Assembly: GCF_006345805.1 (NCBI RefSeq)
Contig: NC_043004.1
Span: 56,482,001-56,546,000, forward strand
From: Octopus sinensis
Lineage: Eukaryota
Length of the DNA: 64,000 bases
Direction: 5' to 3'
Shown: in pieces, positions 49,793 through 62,014 of the stretch
Numbering within the stretch: the stretch's first letter is position 1
How the letters are laid out: each line of letters opens with the position of its first letter
The notes under the pieces: model-generated
The model's input: only the letters and a program-made list of their open reading frames with translations
Database searches by the model: none
What the model was told of the DNA's origin: nothing
Translations under genes and position numbers: made by a program

Positions 49793-51103
49793 ATATATAT
49801 ATATTCATATAAATTAAACATATCATGAATAGCGATAGCGAAACCGGTCGATATATTAAAAATTATATTAAAACCATTTAAGTGTGCGTATTTTCCTTTT
49901 TTAATTTCTTATATATATATATCATAGTGCATAAGATTTCATACACGGAGAGGAATCAATCATATGAATTTATTACATGCTAAAATGGGCAGTCAAGACC
50001 CATACCACGAAAAGGAAGATTCTCCTATAAAGGCACGTTGCTTGTAGGTTGCCGGGATATTTAAATGAATGAAAGAAATTAGTTAATCTTATACCCATGA
50101 TTTTCACCTCATTGATCAATTACGTCAATTAATTAGTTAATCAATTGATTAATTAGCAATCCACAATACATAACGAAAAAACACATGCATACCTAGTTCC
50201 AACTTTATACATCATGAATTCAAATTAAATATCCTCAAAGTATCGCTCCTAGTCACATTTTTACCACAGTGAATAAATTCGACAGCGTGAAACCCGGCCG
50301 AAGAATCGAAATATTCAACTGTATAAATACAGGCTACACATTATTAAAAAATAATAATAATTTTCACCAGTGGTCAGCATGCGTAAGAAAAAGTCAGAAG
50401 ACAAATATTTCTATATAATATTGTATAATATTTCACACAATTTTTGTTTCTTCCATGTCAGACAATGACTTCCCCGAAAGATAGGCCTTTTGATCAGGAG
50501 AGATTTGTGAGATTTTTAGCAAAAAGGCTTCGTTTAGGATTTTTAACATTTTAAATCATGAACATGTCTGTTCGAGCATTTCATATGAATTTTTTCATTA
50601 AAACCTATTAAACCTTCAGACGTTCTTATGAATTACGTCGTCGTAATGCATTGCTTTCGTTTGGTTAATAAAAATCCAAACCCGTTAATGATTTTGCATT
50701 CATTTTGTGATAGGCGACTATACAAAAATGCATAAACAGTCAACGTCCAAATCCTGTTTACTGATTATGTGAAATTGATTAAATTTAAAACCCAGTAAGA
50801 TTTTTCTGCAATTTTTCTGAAACAAATAAATAACAAAATTGGATTTAACGTGGAGAATTTATTTCAAAATAACAAATTTCAAAATTTTTGCCTAATTTTG
50901 AAATTTCGCAATATGTAACAGCAACAGGGAGGACCAAACAAAAGTAGAGAGACAGACAGTTACAGGACGTGACGCACACACACACACCCACATTTGCAAA
51001 CTTACACACAGGTAATAACGAGTTTACAATGGTGAACAATAGACATATATTTGTATGTATGTATGTATGTATGTATGTATGCATGCATGTATGTACGTAC
51101 ATA

Positions 51104-51163
<60 letters not shown>

Positions 51164-51519
51164 ATGTATGTATGTGTGTATCAGTGTGTCAGTGTTTCTT
51201 TGCGATGGGCAATAGAAAAGCTACCTATTCCGTCCCTCCTTTAAGCTATTTAAAAGTGCGGTTTAAAAGTACTTATGTGCATGTGTGTGTGCAGTGAGTG
51301 TGTGAGTGTGTGCAGTGTGTGCGTGCATGTATATATGCATTTATGAAAGAATGTATACAGCGTTGTGTGTATATGAGAGCTGTATTAACGTTACATCCCA
51401 CTGTCATTCCACATTTGTTACTTACACAATGCTGTTCTTCCCTTCCCTGATATCAGTTACATTCACTATGCCACTATATTTCCCTTGCACTAACACTTTT
51501 TGCACCCTACTCATTTTAT

Positions 51520-51692
51520 CAAATAATAGCCCAGCTCCTCTTAGGTTGTGGTTGGGCCCATTATAGATATTTATTTAAATCCTATTAGCGTATAATTAAC
51601 ATGTATGCAAAGTTTCGTGAAGATTGGTTCAATGGTGTAGCCTGCAAGACGGTAACAGTTAGACAGACAAAAATTGTCATTTATATATAAGA
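51520..51692 (-). mobile_element. 5' part of a non-autonomous Helitron-like element
   Basis: Minus strand A|TCTTATATATAAATGACAATTTTTGTCTGTCT..., the same style of start as 16346. The 3' end was not found. Confidence 0.5.
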
Positions 51693-52022
51693 TAGTCGAA
51701 CTTTAGGTTCGGTGAAATATGTAACATATTTAAACTTGTAAAGGCAGATCCACTGCCTTTAAAAGTTCCGTTTTATGATAAAATCACCATATTTGCCCAA
51801 TATTGCTTCCTGTCAGATTCGTAGAGGCAGCTTCATTATTAATCGTGAATACCAAAGATAGATAACTCTGCTGAGGTTTTTTAAAACTTTTTGACCATAA
51901 AATTTACTCCATTGTAGTGGGAGTGAATTTGCGCTTAGAAGCTGAAATATATCACAACTGTGGTTTAACTAACCTAATGTTCGTAGATGCCTTAATGTTA
52001 GTTGGCGACAATATTGCTGAAT

Positions 52023-52072
<50 letters not shown>

Positions 52073-52325
52073 ATATATATATACACACTACCTTAAAACC
52101 GCCCGGTTGAGAGCTCAGCATTGTGTATTGTACCCCACAATGACACTTTGATTACATATAAATATTTTATTAATCTTGACCAATGTTTTTCAAGTAATGA
52201 GCAATTTTCATCAAAACAATGATATAATTTGTCGACTTGGAGCATATTGCAACGCTGCATGATAAACAATTTTTTGTCTTCCAATTCGGAAGTGGGGGTG
52301 CAGTATATATTTTCTTGTCAAACCG

Positions 52326-52359
<34 letters not shown>

Positions 52360-52786
52360 CTATCTCTCTTTCTGATAATTGGTTTCAATTATCACCGTCA
52401 TCAATATCACGACCATCGCCACTACAACTGGCATACACACGCCATTCAGACTCCTGACGCCACCACCATCAACACCTATGACTTCGCCGCCTTCTCCTCC
52501 ACTACTGTCTTTCACATCATTTACTATCAACGTTATACCTAAATTTCCCGGTGACCATCACCGTCACTACCACCACCGCCATCATCATCACCATCGCCTC
52601 CGCCTGTATCACAACTACACCTTATACTAATACTGTCACCCCCATTTCTATCACAACCGTCAAACTACTACCTCCCTCACCGTCTCTATACCTACTGTTA
52701 CTCTCACCCGAACAAGAGGAATAATAGAAGTGTCACTGAATAATGAGAGAGGTGGTCAAAGTGTGACAGAAATTCGTATTGGAATT

Positions 52787-52829
<43 letters not shown>

Positions 52830-52856
52830 ATGTGTGTATACATATATAATCTCTTA

Positions 52857-52903
<47 letters not shown>

Positions 52904-53089
52904 TATATATTATATATATACACACAAAGCGTTTGAAGTAATTTGACTATTTTATATCTATTTTCTTCTGGTACAACTTGATGAGTGGGTGAACAGTCAA
53001 CGGCGTTGGTCAGCATAAACGTTAAAGTTCTAGATACCTGGCACAGGAGAGTTGAAACAATCTGCATATTGGAAAAAGAGATACATGTA

Positions 53090-53660
53090 TCATGAAGATT
53101 CACACCAGTTGTCCAAGTGCCGAGATCATGACTGCTGGTCAATATCCTATGAACACTAGAAATACTATAAGACGTGACATGGACAGATGCCACGGACTCT
53201 ATGAAGATGTGGCCAGCAGTGAGACGCAGTACAGCATTTTCACTGTCAGCATACTGGAATTCATCCAACAACTTATGAATAGTGCTTAGGCTCATTTCAG
53301 AGGGCTATCTAAAACTGCTGGTGTCAATATTCCAACCCTTACTTTTGGAAGGCCATATGAGTGGGCGCATGTTTCCGCTCTTGCAATACTTCCGGAAACA
53401 AACATGAGTGGTTTTCGAAGAATTTCTATGAGTTTACAACCCTCAGCTTCTGTCCTACAAGCCCCGATTTTAATGTCTTCGCTTAGTATCGGTGGGACGC
53501 TTATGAGAAAGACAACAACACCAACGCCGAGCTGGAGACCAAAATAAAAGAGGTGTTCGAGGATGTTTCAAGCAGCAAGTTAATTAAGAGGAATATATAG
53601 GTCAGGTTCCGGAGTAGTCTTATGACCATGGGAGAGGCTGAGGGCAGCTTCTTTCAGTAA
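53090..53660 (+). pseudogene. Tc1/mariner-superfamily transposase relic (C-terminal half)
   Basis: FCPTSPDFN (SPD.N motif), then NTNAELETKIKEVFEDV and RFRSSLMTMGEAEGSFFQ*, which resembles mariner/maT-type C-termini. Confidence 0.6.
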
Positions 53661-54186
53661 ACTATTCTTGGTCATACACTAGATGATATTTTTGGAATTT
53701 TTTAAACATATTTATGTTTATATAAGATATCGTATTTTCCTCTTTTTGTATGCAGACAGTCAACTTTATCTCAAACTCTGAATGTATACATGCATACATT
53801 CATACATACATACAAATCTCTCTCCTTCACCCTCTCTCCCTCTCGCTCATTCCGGTATAATGACCCTCCATGTTTGTTTTCGTTCGGTTTCCTTGTATAT
53901 CTCCACTGTAATTTGTTTTGTTCCCAACTTTGACCCTCCATAAATCCAAAATTTTCTTTTAGAATTTACGGAGTAACTGTCTTTGAAGACTCATATTGTC
54001 GTTGATTGCTCGAAATGAGGAACAGATAGGCATCCGACAACTGATGAAGGGCCCTTTCTCTGTGTTTACTTGTCCAGTTTCCCACCTATTTTTCCTCGTT
54101 TACGCATTTCACTCGTTTTCCCTCGTTTGTTTACGCATTTCATTTCATTTGCACCGTCGGTGACGTTCTGTTCCCATATAAGCATG

Positions 54187-54229
<43 letters not shown>

Positions 54230-55074
54230 ACGTGTACGTGTGTGTGTGTGTATGTGTTTGTGTGTGCTTGTGTGTGTATATGTGTGTATGTGTGTGTGTG
54301 TGCGTGTGTTTATGTAATGTTTATTAAGTAGTGTAACTGATAAACTTTTCATCCCCTGAAGGAAGTGAATGCATAGCCTATCAGCAATTAGGGCTCCGAT
54401 TGAAAGAGGAATTGGGACTAACTCCGATTGAAAAACGATAATAGAGTCACTAAGTGTAAAATCCAATCTATCTCTTTTTCTGTAATTTTCACAGTCATTG
54501 GATTCTCTACCAATGCACCATATTGCAATATTGCCCGGTATATCTTTCTCCCGAGCAGCAACTCAGTTATTCGCCCTCAAGGATACACAGCTTTCTACCA
54601 TTATTTCAACAAAAATTTCGGCCACAATTTTTAAATAATTATGTCCCACATACTTGCCATGCATGTAATTTCAAAACAGAAAGCAAGAAAGAAACCTAAA
54701 AATAAAAAAAACCCTGCGTAACGACCATGACTTTTAGAACATTGTTCCACACTCAGAATTATCGAAGCATGTGACAGTCTAACTGTGGCAGTGAGCTATT
54801 ACGATCCTTCAAACATCAAAAATTCCATGCTTCGCCAAATTCGTCAACATTACTTCTGACGTGCCTATGCATTCTTTCTTCTTTGTGACACTTTTATTCT
54901 TCAAATTTTGTGTTTTATTTTCAGTGCTTTATTCTGTGTATGGCATGCGTATTTGGCTTTCATTCCTCTCTCTCTTTACTTCATTTATGATTGCATTTCT
55001 ATCTTCTCTCTTATGCAAGCTACAATGCATTTGACGCCGCATACAATAACTTCATTGTTATTATTATATTATAC

Positions 55075-55478
55075 TCTTTACTCTTTTACTCTTTTACTTG
55101 TTTCAGTCATTTGACTGCGGCCATACTGGAGCATCGCCTTTAGTCGAGCAAATCGACCCCGGGACTTATTCTTTGTAAGCCCGGTACTTATTCTATCGGC
55201 CTCTTTTGCCGAACCGCTAAGTGACGGGGACGTAAACACACCAGCATCGTTGTCAAGCAATGCTAGTGGGATAAACACAAACACACACATATATATATAT
55301 ATATATACATATATACGACAGGCTTCTTTCAGTTTCCGTCTACCAAATCCACACACAAGGCATTGGTCGGCCCGGGGCTATAGCAGAAGACACTTGCCCA
55401 AGATGCCACGCAGTGGGACTGAACTCAGAACCATGAGGTTGGTTAGCAAGCTACTTACCACACAGCCACTCCTGCGCC
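55075..55478 (-). mobile_element. SINE family A, full length, target site unoccupied
   Basis: GGTTAGCAAGCTACTTACCACACAGCCACTCCTGCGCC is the reverse complement of the intact head. Confidence 0.92.
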
Positions 55479-55782
55479 TAACATATAGCCTAATGTACCT
55501 AAAGTAAGTCAACACCGTGGCTACCTTTGACATATCTTACAACCAAACTATCTTGAAAAATAGCTACAGATGCCATGAAGAAACAAACTTTCCAGAGACT
55601 GTATAAATCTAAAATAAAAACTAAATATACTACAGTCCGATATATAAAGAAAGGCAAAAATCTTCAAAATCTATCACTAGTTTTCTTAAAATATATGTGC
55701 TCTGCAAAAATGATTAAGTAATTCTTCAGCGTAACATCCCTATAATTCGACTGACAGACTATCTAACTGTTTGCATGTCTGC

Positions 55783-55819
<37 letters not shown>
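55783..55819. repeat. (CTAT)n microsatellite, 5' flank of element 4
   Basis: Seen directly. Confidence 0.95.
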
Positions 55820-56035
55820 ACAATGGACGGACGCTAGTCATATCGGCTCCAAGTAAGTTGGCCACTTTTACATGTTTAAAACTCCTTGTTGTCAAATATT
55901 TGTTTTAATCGTTGTGCAAATTCATTCACTAAAAAACCTGAGAATTATTCACGTAGAATTCCGCCCCTGTATGGGCGAAATTAAAAAAAAACTTTCAAAA
56001 TTTCGTGGGTTTTTTAGCCATTTTTCATTTTGAAA

Positions 56036-58045
56036 ATGGCAACTAGAAACCACGTGGCTAGCCCGCCAGTCATGCAGAACGGTAGCAAAACACTATTGCT
56101 ACCACTAGCTGCTAAACATCGCAGCGTGAACACCGCTGTCACCACCATCACCACCACCAACAACAACAACAACAAATCTAACGTCGCATTCACCATCGCC
56201 GCGACCAAAGACATTAACTTAGATTTTCCCCTCACTCCCCACACCACTTGTTGATGATAAAGGGACAGAGAAAGGGATTTCAAAAATGAATACAAACGAA
56301 AACATGAATGCCAGCACCACCACCATCACCACCAACAACAACAACAACGAAATTGGCACAAAGCCGCCTACCAAAGACAACACCGCCAACACCAACACCA
56401 CTACTACGACTACTCAAATGCTACATCCAAGCCTTCTGCTGCTAATACCGCCCACACCAACACCACTACCATGACTTCAATTAACACTGCCACAATAACA
56501 CTTCTACTGCCAAATTCAAAACGAATTTTGCGGACGTAACAAAACAAAAAAGAACAATTGTAACATTCACCACACAAGAGATAAACCGCACAAAGGCACT
56601 CTTCTCCAAAGAAGGAGACAAATTGCACCTTCATATTCCACAACACATCGTGGAAAACACGCAAAAAAAAACAATAATTTATAAAGTAATAAACAAAAAA
56701 ACAAGAAGAACAGAAAATGCACCGCAGGAAAAAATCGATAAATGCCTTCGTCCTGTATGGGACTCCAAGGAATATATCAGTTGGGGAAACAAATTTGGTA
56801 CAGTCCAAGTACGTTTCCTCAACGAAAGTTTAGCAAAACGTTTTTCCACATTGGAGCTACATTCGGACGACTTGGTAATGATACCAGTCTATTTAAACAA
56901 AAGGGTCACGAAAGTCCAAAAAAAAAACATACCATTTGATGTCGAAACACAATGGGTGGTCTCTGCCATCTGCTTTGAAATGTCAGAGACAATGTCAGAG
57001 ACAAACATCCTGGAAATCGCGGTTCTAGGAGAGAAAGACTATGTGGGCAAATCAATCGAATTCCTGCTTCAATTGGATGAAGCAGCAAGAGAGAAGATAC
57101 CCACCGCTATAGAACTGCCAGGAGGCTACACAAACTCTATATAGTGGTAGAGGCAGGCGACCACGCTGCTATTTGTGTGGAAGCGAAACACACTTGAAAA
57201 AGACGTGCCCAACCACTGCACACCAAGAGCAACAACAACAACCACTACCACAACCAAAGCACTCCGGAAAAAAAAAAAGCTCTATACCCACACCACCATC
57301 AACACAGAAGACGACAAGAGAAGCACACCAAGCTAATCCGTCATCAACCAAAAACCACTCGACACCTGGAAAAATACCAACACTACCATCAACAGCAAAA
57401 CCCAAAGGAACAGAAAAACAAAGAAAACACACACAAACTGATCCCCATCCCTTATACCGCACTCAATCACACACACAAAACTCAACAACCAACAACAACG
57501 AAAACAACAACACAACCACTTACACAGACATACATAGAAGCCCACAACATACCCCTACCCCCTTCTGATTCCTCAGAAATTTCGTCGGAAGACGAAACCA
57601 GTGAGGAATGGCAAATAGCTACAAAAAGAAGGAAAATAAAGAGCAGAAACACAACCAAACCAAATGCAAACACGAACAAAGCAGGGGGAAATACATCTCC
57701 CGAAGACATTTCAAAACCCAACGCAAACAACAGCCACCCACCACACAAAAAACATATACAGCAAACATGCTCACAGCCATAGACACCAAAAACACAAATT
57801 TGATGGAATACATCCAATCAAAAACAAACATAACAGAAGATGACATAAAAACAAACAACCACCCATACACAACACCACCAGACCACATCAAAATAATACA
57901 CATCTCCAAAAGTCTGCACCACACACTCAAAGGCATTTTCCCCAGTGCGGTTGGTAAATGCCAAAAATATCTCACAAAGAAACTGTACTGGGATCTTCTC
58001 GAGGACAAACCAACGGAGGAGAAAGCAAAAACTTTCGAGCAGTAA
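56036..58045 (+). pseudogene. Element 4 ORF1 (low-complexity Thr/Asn N-terminus, RRM-like region, CYLCGSETHLKKTC knuckle), frameshifted
   Basis: Read on the plus strand from ATGGCAACTAGAAAC. The fragment KKTIIYKV...GNKFGTVQVRF parallels element 3 KRTVVFKT...GRAYGTVDVRF. Confidence 0.8.
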
Positions 58046-58076
58046 GTAACCCTCTGTATTCTAATTCATTAGAACT

Positions 58077-61000
58077 ATGATCAAGATTGGTTGTGTAAAT
58101 GCGCGTGGCTTGGGGTCCCCTTGGAAACAAGGGTACCTCTTAAATGACATAAAGTCACATAAGTTAGAAATCATAGCCATAAGCGAGACCAGACTCCACA
58201 ATCGCGGGGCCCTAAAGACCATGTTTGGCGGACAGTTCAACATTTATTTTTCCCCTGTCTGCCGAGAATGGGCGGTAGTGGCACCGCGGTACTTTTTCAC
58301 AAGAGTCTGGATCTCAATGTAAGGACAATATTCGTAGACCCGGAGGGTAGACTGGTCGTCCTGGATGTCGACGGCAGCAATGGGTGCGCTTTTCGGCTCG
58401 TATCAGTTTACGCACCGCCCTTAACAGGTCGGGCGGATTTCTTTCAACGTCTAGAAGTTTTCTTGGGAACGTCTCGTCCTTTACTCTTAGTGGGGGATTG
58501 GAATGCTACCTTGGACACGCATGTAGACTACGTGGGTAGAGATAGGAATAGGGGATGCAAATGCCTCAGAGACCTGCTCAGACGCTTTCAACTGTCTGAC
58601 AGGTTTCGACTAGACCACCCGAATGCGCCAACGTGGACATGGAGCAACCGCATCGGGTCGTCGAGATCGTATCTAGATAGGATACTGTGTAGGACAGTAG
58701 ATAGAGATAGCATAGGATGTCCACAATTCCACATAGTCAGCTACACGGATCACAAACTTGTGACATGTACGCTAGACTTAGGTAAGACACTTAGGCAGGG
58801 TCCCGGATACTGGAAACTAAACGCGTCTTTCCCATCGAGACAAGTTTTCAGAGACCGGATTAGCACACTAGTAAAGAGGGCTTTGACGGGAGCCATCATC
58901 AACAACAAATGGTGGTTTGCCCTCAAGAGAGCAGTAAAAGCAGCGATTAGCGATTAGTACAGCAAAGCACTAGCCATAGATAGAAATAGAGTAGAGGGTG
59001 AGCTAGTTAAGAAGCTAGAAGAGGCAATTAGAAGCGGCATCGCATCCGACGTTTTGGCGGCGAGGTTGGCCCTCGACCAACACTTCAACGCCAAACACGA
59101 AGGATGTGCTGTCAGAGCTAGGATGCGTGCTCTAAGGAACGAAGGTGTTGGAGCCGCGAGAGAGGCCCGGGTGGCAGAGGCGCAACAGGGCAACAAAGCC
59201 ACCATTCGGTCACTGGTAGATGAACAGGGGCGCGAATTGCTCGAGCCAAGTAAAATGTGTGAGGCCTTTCAGCAGCATTTTGCCCGACTGTTCGGAACGA
59301 GTGGAGGGCAAGAACGTAGGGTGGACTTCAGTGCCTACCTACATAGCCTACCACGACTCTCGACAAGAAAGGCAGGGTGCTGCGAAGGTGCCATCACGGC
59401 GGCGGAAGTGCGGGAAGCGATGGCAGAATGCTCGAGGGACAAATCACCGGGTTTGGATGGTCTACCCTACGAGCTTTACAATTGTATGCCAGACTTGTTT
59501 GGGGATCTCTTGGCGGCGGTGTACTGCAACTGGCAGCAAAACGGGAGCATTCCTGGTTTTGTGAGCCGAGGAGCCGTAACACTGCTGAAGAAAGATCTAA
59601 ACAAGGGAAATGTAATAGATAACTTTAGGCCCATCACTCTGCTTAATGCAGACTTGAAAATTTTGGCCAAGGTGCTAGCCAAGAGGTTGGCGCTTGTCAT
59701 CGAGAAACTGGTCGACAAGGCGCAAACATGCGCCGTGCCAGGCCGGACCATCCATGACAACCTCCATCTGATGCGCTACATCATAGACAGGGTAGTTAAC
59801 GAACCTGGCATGGGTGGGGCCCTGATCAACTTGGATCAATCAAAAGCCTTTGATAGGGTAGACCATCGATACTTGGAGGCAGTCCTGAGAGCGGCTGGTT
59901 TCGGTCCCGTCTTCCGCGGCTGGATAGCTGCCTTGTACAGAGGCATCCGTTCGGTAATTCGCGTAAATGGACATCTATCGAGACCTTTCGACATTGCACG
60001 TTCGGTCCGTCAGGGATGCCCCCTCTCGGCGCTTCTATACGTATTGACTCTTGAGCCACTACTGCGGAAGCTGGCGACTCTAAGGGGCATCCCGCGAGAA
60101 TTGGGATGCGGGACGAGCGTGTCTGCATACGCGGACGACGTCACCGTCATAGTGTCTAGCCACGAGCACATCGAGCTGGTCGGCGAGACACTGAAAAACT
60201 ACGAAGCGGTGACAGGAGCGAAAATCAACCGGGAAAAGTCAGTGGGCTTGCGACTAGGCACCTGGAGAAGCAAGCCCATGCCGTCCACCAGCGCCTCCGT
60301 CGTGGGACGCTGGACCGACGGCCCGGTTGAGTTGCTCGGGGTCTGGTTTGGTCCGGACCTCCAAGTGGAGAAGAACTGGAACGAGATAACGAGTAGGGTG
60401 GTGACTCTCGCCCGGCAATGGGCCGAGAGGAAACTGTCCCTAAAAGGTCGAGCGGAGGTGGCGAACACGTACATCGCGTCCGTCATCTACTACCGCCTGA
60501 CCGTCGTACCTTGTCCCGACCCTACCATCACCAAACTACAACGCATCCTCTTTCGCTTCTTGTGGAAAGGATGCGTCCCGATGGTCAGGCGATCCATTTG
60601 CTGTCAACACCCGTTAAAAGGAGGCTGGGCATGCCGTGGTTGATGATGCGCAGACACGCGCTGAGACTGCGACATCTCTGGCTCTATGTAGACGACGGTG
60701 AACAGGTGTGGTCGCCGTTTGTGAGGCACGCTTTCCCGCAGCTCGTCTCCATGACCGAACTGCAGTCGTGGATCAAAAAGAGGCCGAGGAAGGGCGAATG
60801 GCACCGCGAGTGTCGCGTTGCTCTCAAGCAACTCTGCCGTCCTGGGTCGACCTTAAGTGACTTCAACACACCAAAGCATTCTATAGGGGTTTAGTGGAGG
60901 GGAGGTACGACGACGAGCTCGGAGCGAACCTGGACGTCGACGAGGAGTACCTGACCCGCCTGTTCGGGACGACTTTCGGGCCAGGGCCCATGGACAACTC

Positions 61001-61507
61001 CAGAGATCCCTGGCCTGGCAGTGCTACCGAGAAGCGCTACCCGTTCGGGATAAGCTCTACAGACACGGCTCGAGAAACAGGGGCCGACCTGCCCGAGATG
61101 CGGTCAGAGCGACGAACCGTTCTGCACGCACTCGTTCAGTGTCCAACAATTTCCGACCTTTGGCTTATGTCGAACAACTGCTGTCACGTGTGGGACGAGT
61201 CGGTTTATCAGCTGAGTCTATCGTCAATATTGTCACGCCTCCTTCCTTCAAACGGGAAGGAAGAGCTATTTTCATCATCCTTGTGGCTATGGCGAAAGAA
61301 TGTATCTGGTGGACGCGTCTGAAAGGATTGGAGACAAACACTTTCCTCTCTGGTCAATCTCTCATCAACTTCTTCAAGTACCACTTGAAAAGGAAAGTGA
61401 GAGTAGAGAGGCAAGTTTTGTCTAGCGAATGTTTTAAAAAAAGATGGGTGAATGTAGCAAGAATGGCACGTATGAATGACGAAGCCACCTTGAGCATAGT
61501 CCTATGA
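58077..61507 (+). pseudogene. Element 4 ORF2: APE endonuclease-RT-zinc finger, frameshifted
   Basis: MIKIGCVNARG, GDWN, SYLDRI, TDH, DQSKAFDRV, SVRQGCPLS, YADD. Confidence 0.92.
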
Positions 61508-61912
61508 ACCCAGAAATCGAAAACAGAGAGTTGCTTATTTGCAAAAAAAAAAAAAAAAAAAAGAAATATAAAATGTGACTTCATTGACCGAGGTTACCGT
61601 GGTCTTTTCCGCAGGCTTTTCTTTCCACGGGTAAACCTCACCTGTCCTCCCCTTTACACTTCATATTGACATTTCTGTGATAACGATCCCTATTGATCAT
61701 TTTTTTTCCTCCCCCCCCCTTTTTTTTTTTTTTTTTTTAACCCCCCTTATTTTTGTCCTCTTTCTCTCCTTTTACGATCCCTTTTGATCGAACCTCCCCT
61801 TCCTTCTTTTTTTTTTTTTTTTTTTTTTTTTAATACCTTCAAAAGAAAAGAAAAGCTCTACCTTGTAATTTGTTCTATCTGTGTGCAGCCCTGTGTGGCT
61901 AATAAAGAAACA

Positions 61913-61925
61913 TATCTATCTATCA

Positions 61926-62012
<87 letters not shown>
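61913..62012. repeat. (TATC)n microsatellite between elements 4 and 5
   Basis: Seen directly. Confidence 0.95.

Positions 62013-62014
<2 letters not shown>

Larger units (their letters stand above)
55820..61912 (+). mobile_element. Element 4: full-length Tx1/L1-clade LINE inserted in (CTAT)n
   Basis: CTAT repeats on both sides, 5' UTR, CCHC ORF1, EN-RT ORF2, and a 3' UTR ending AATAAAGAAAC. Confidence 0.92.
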
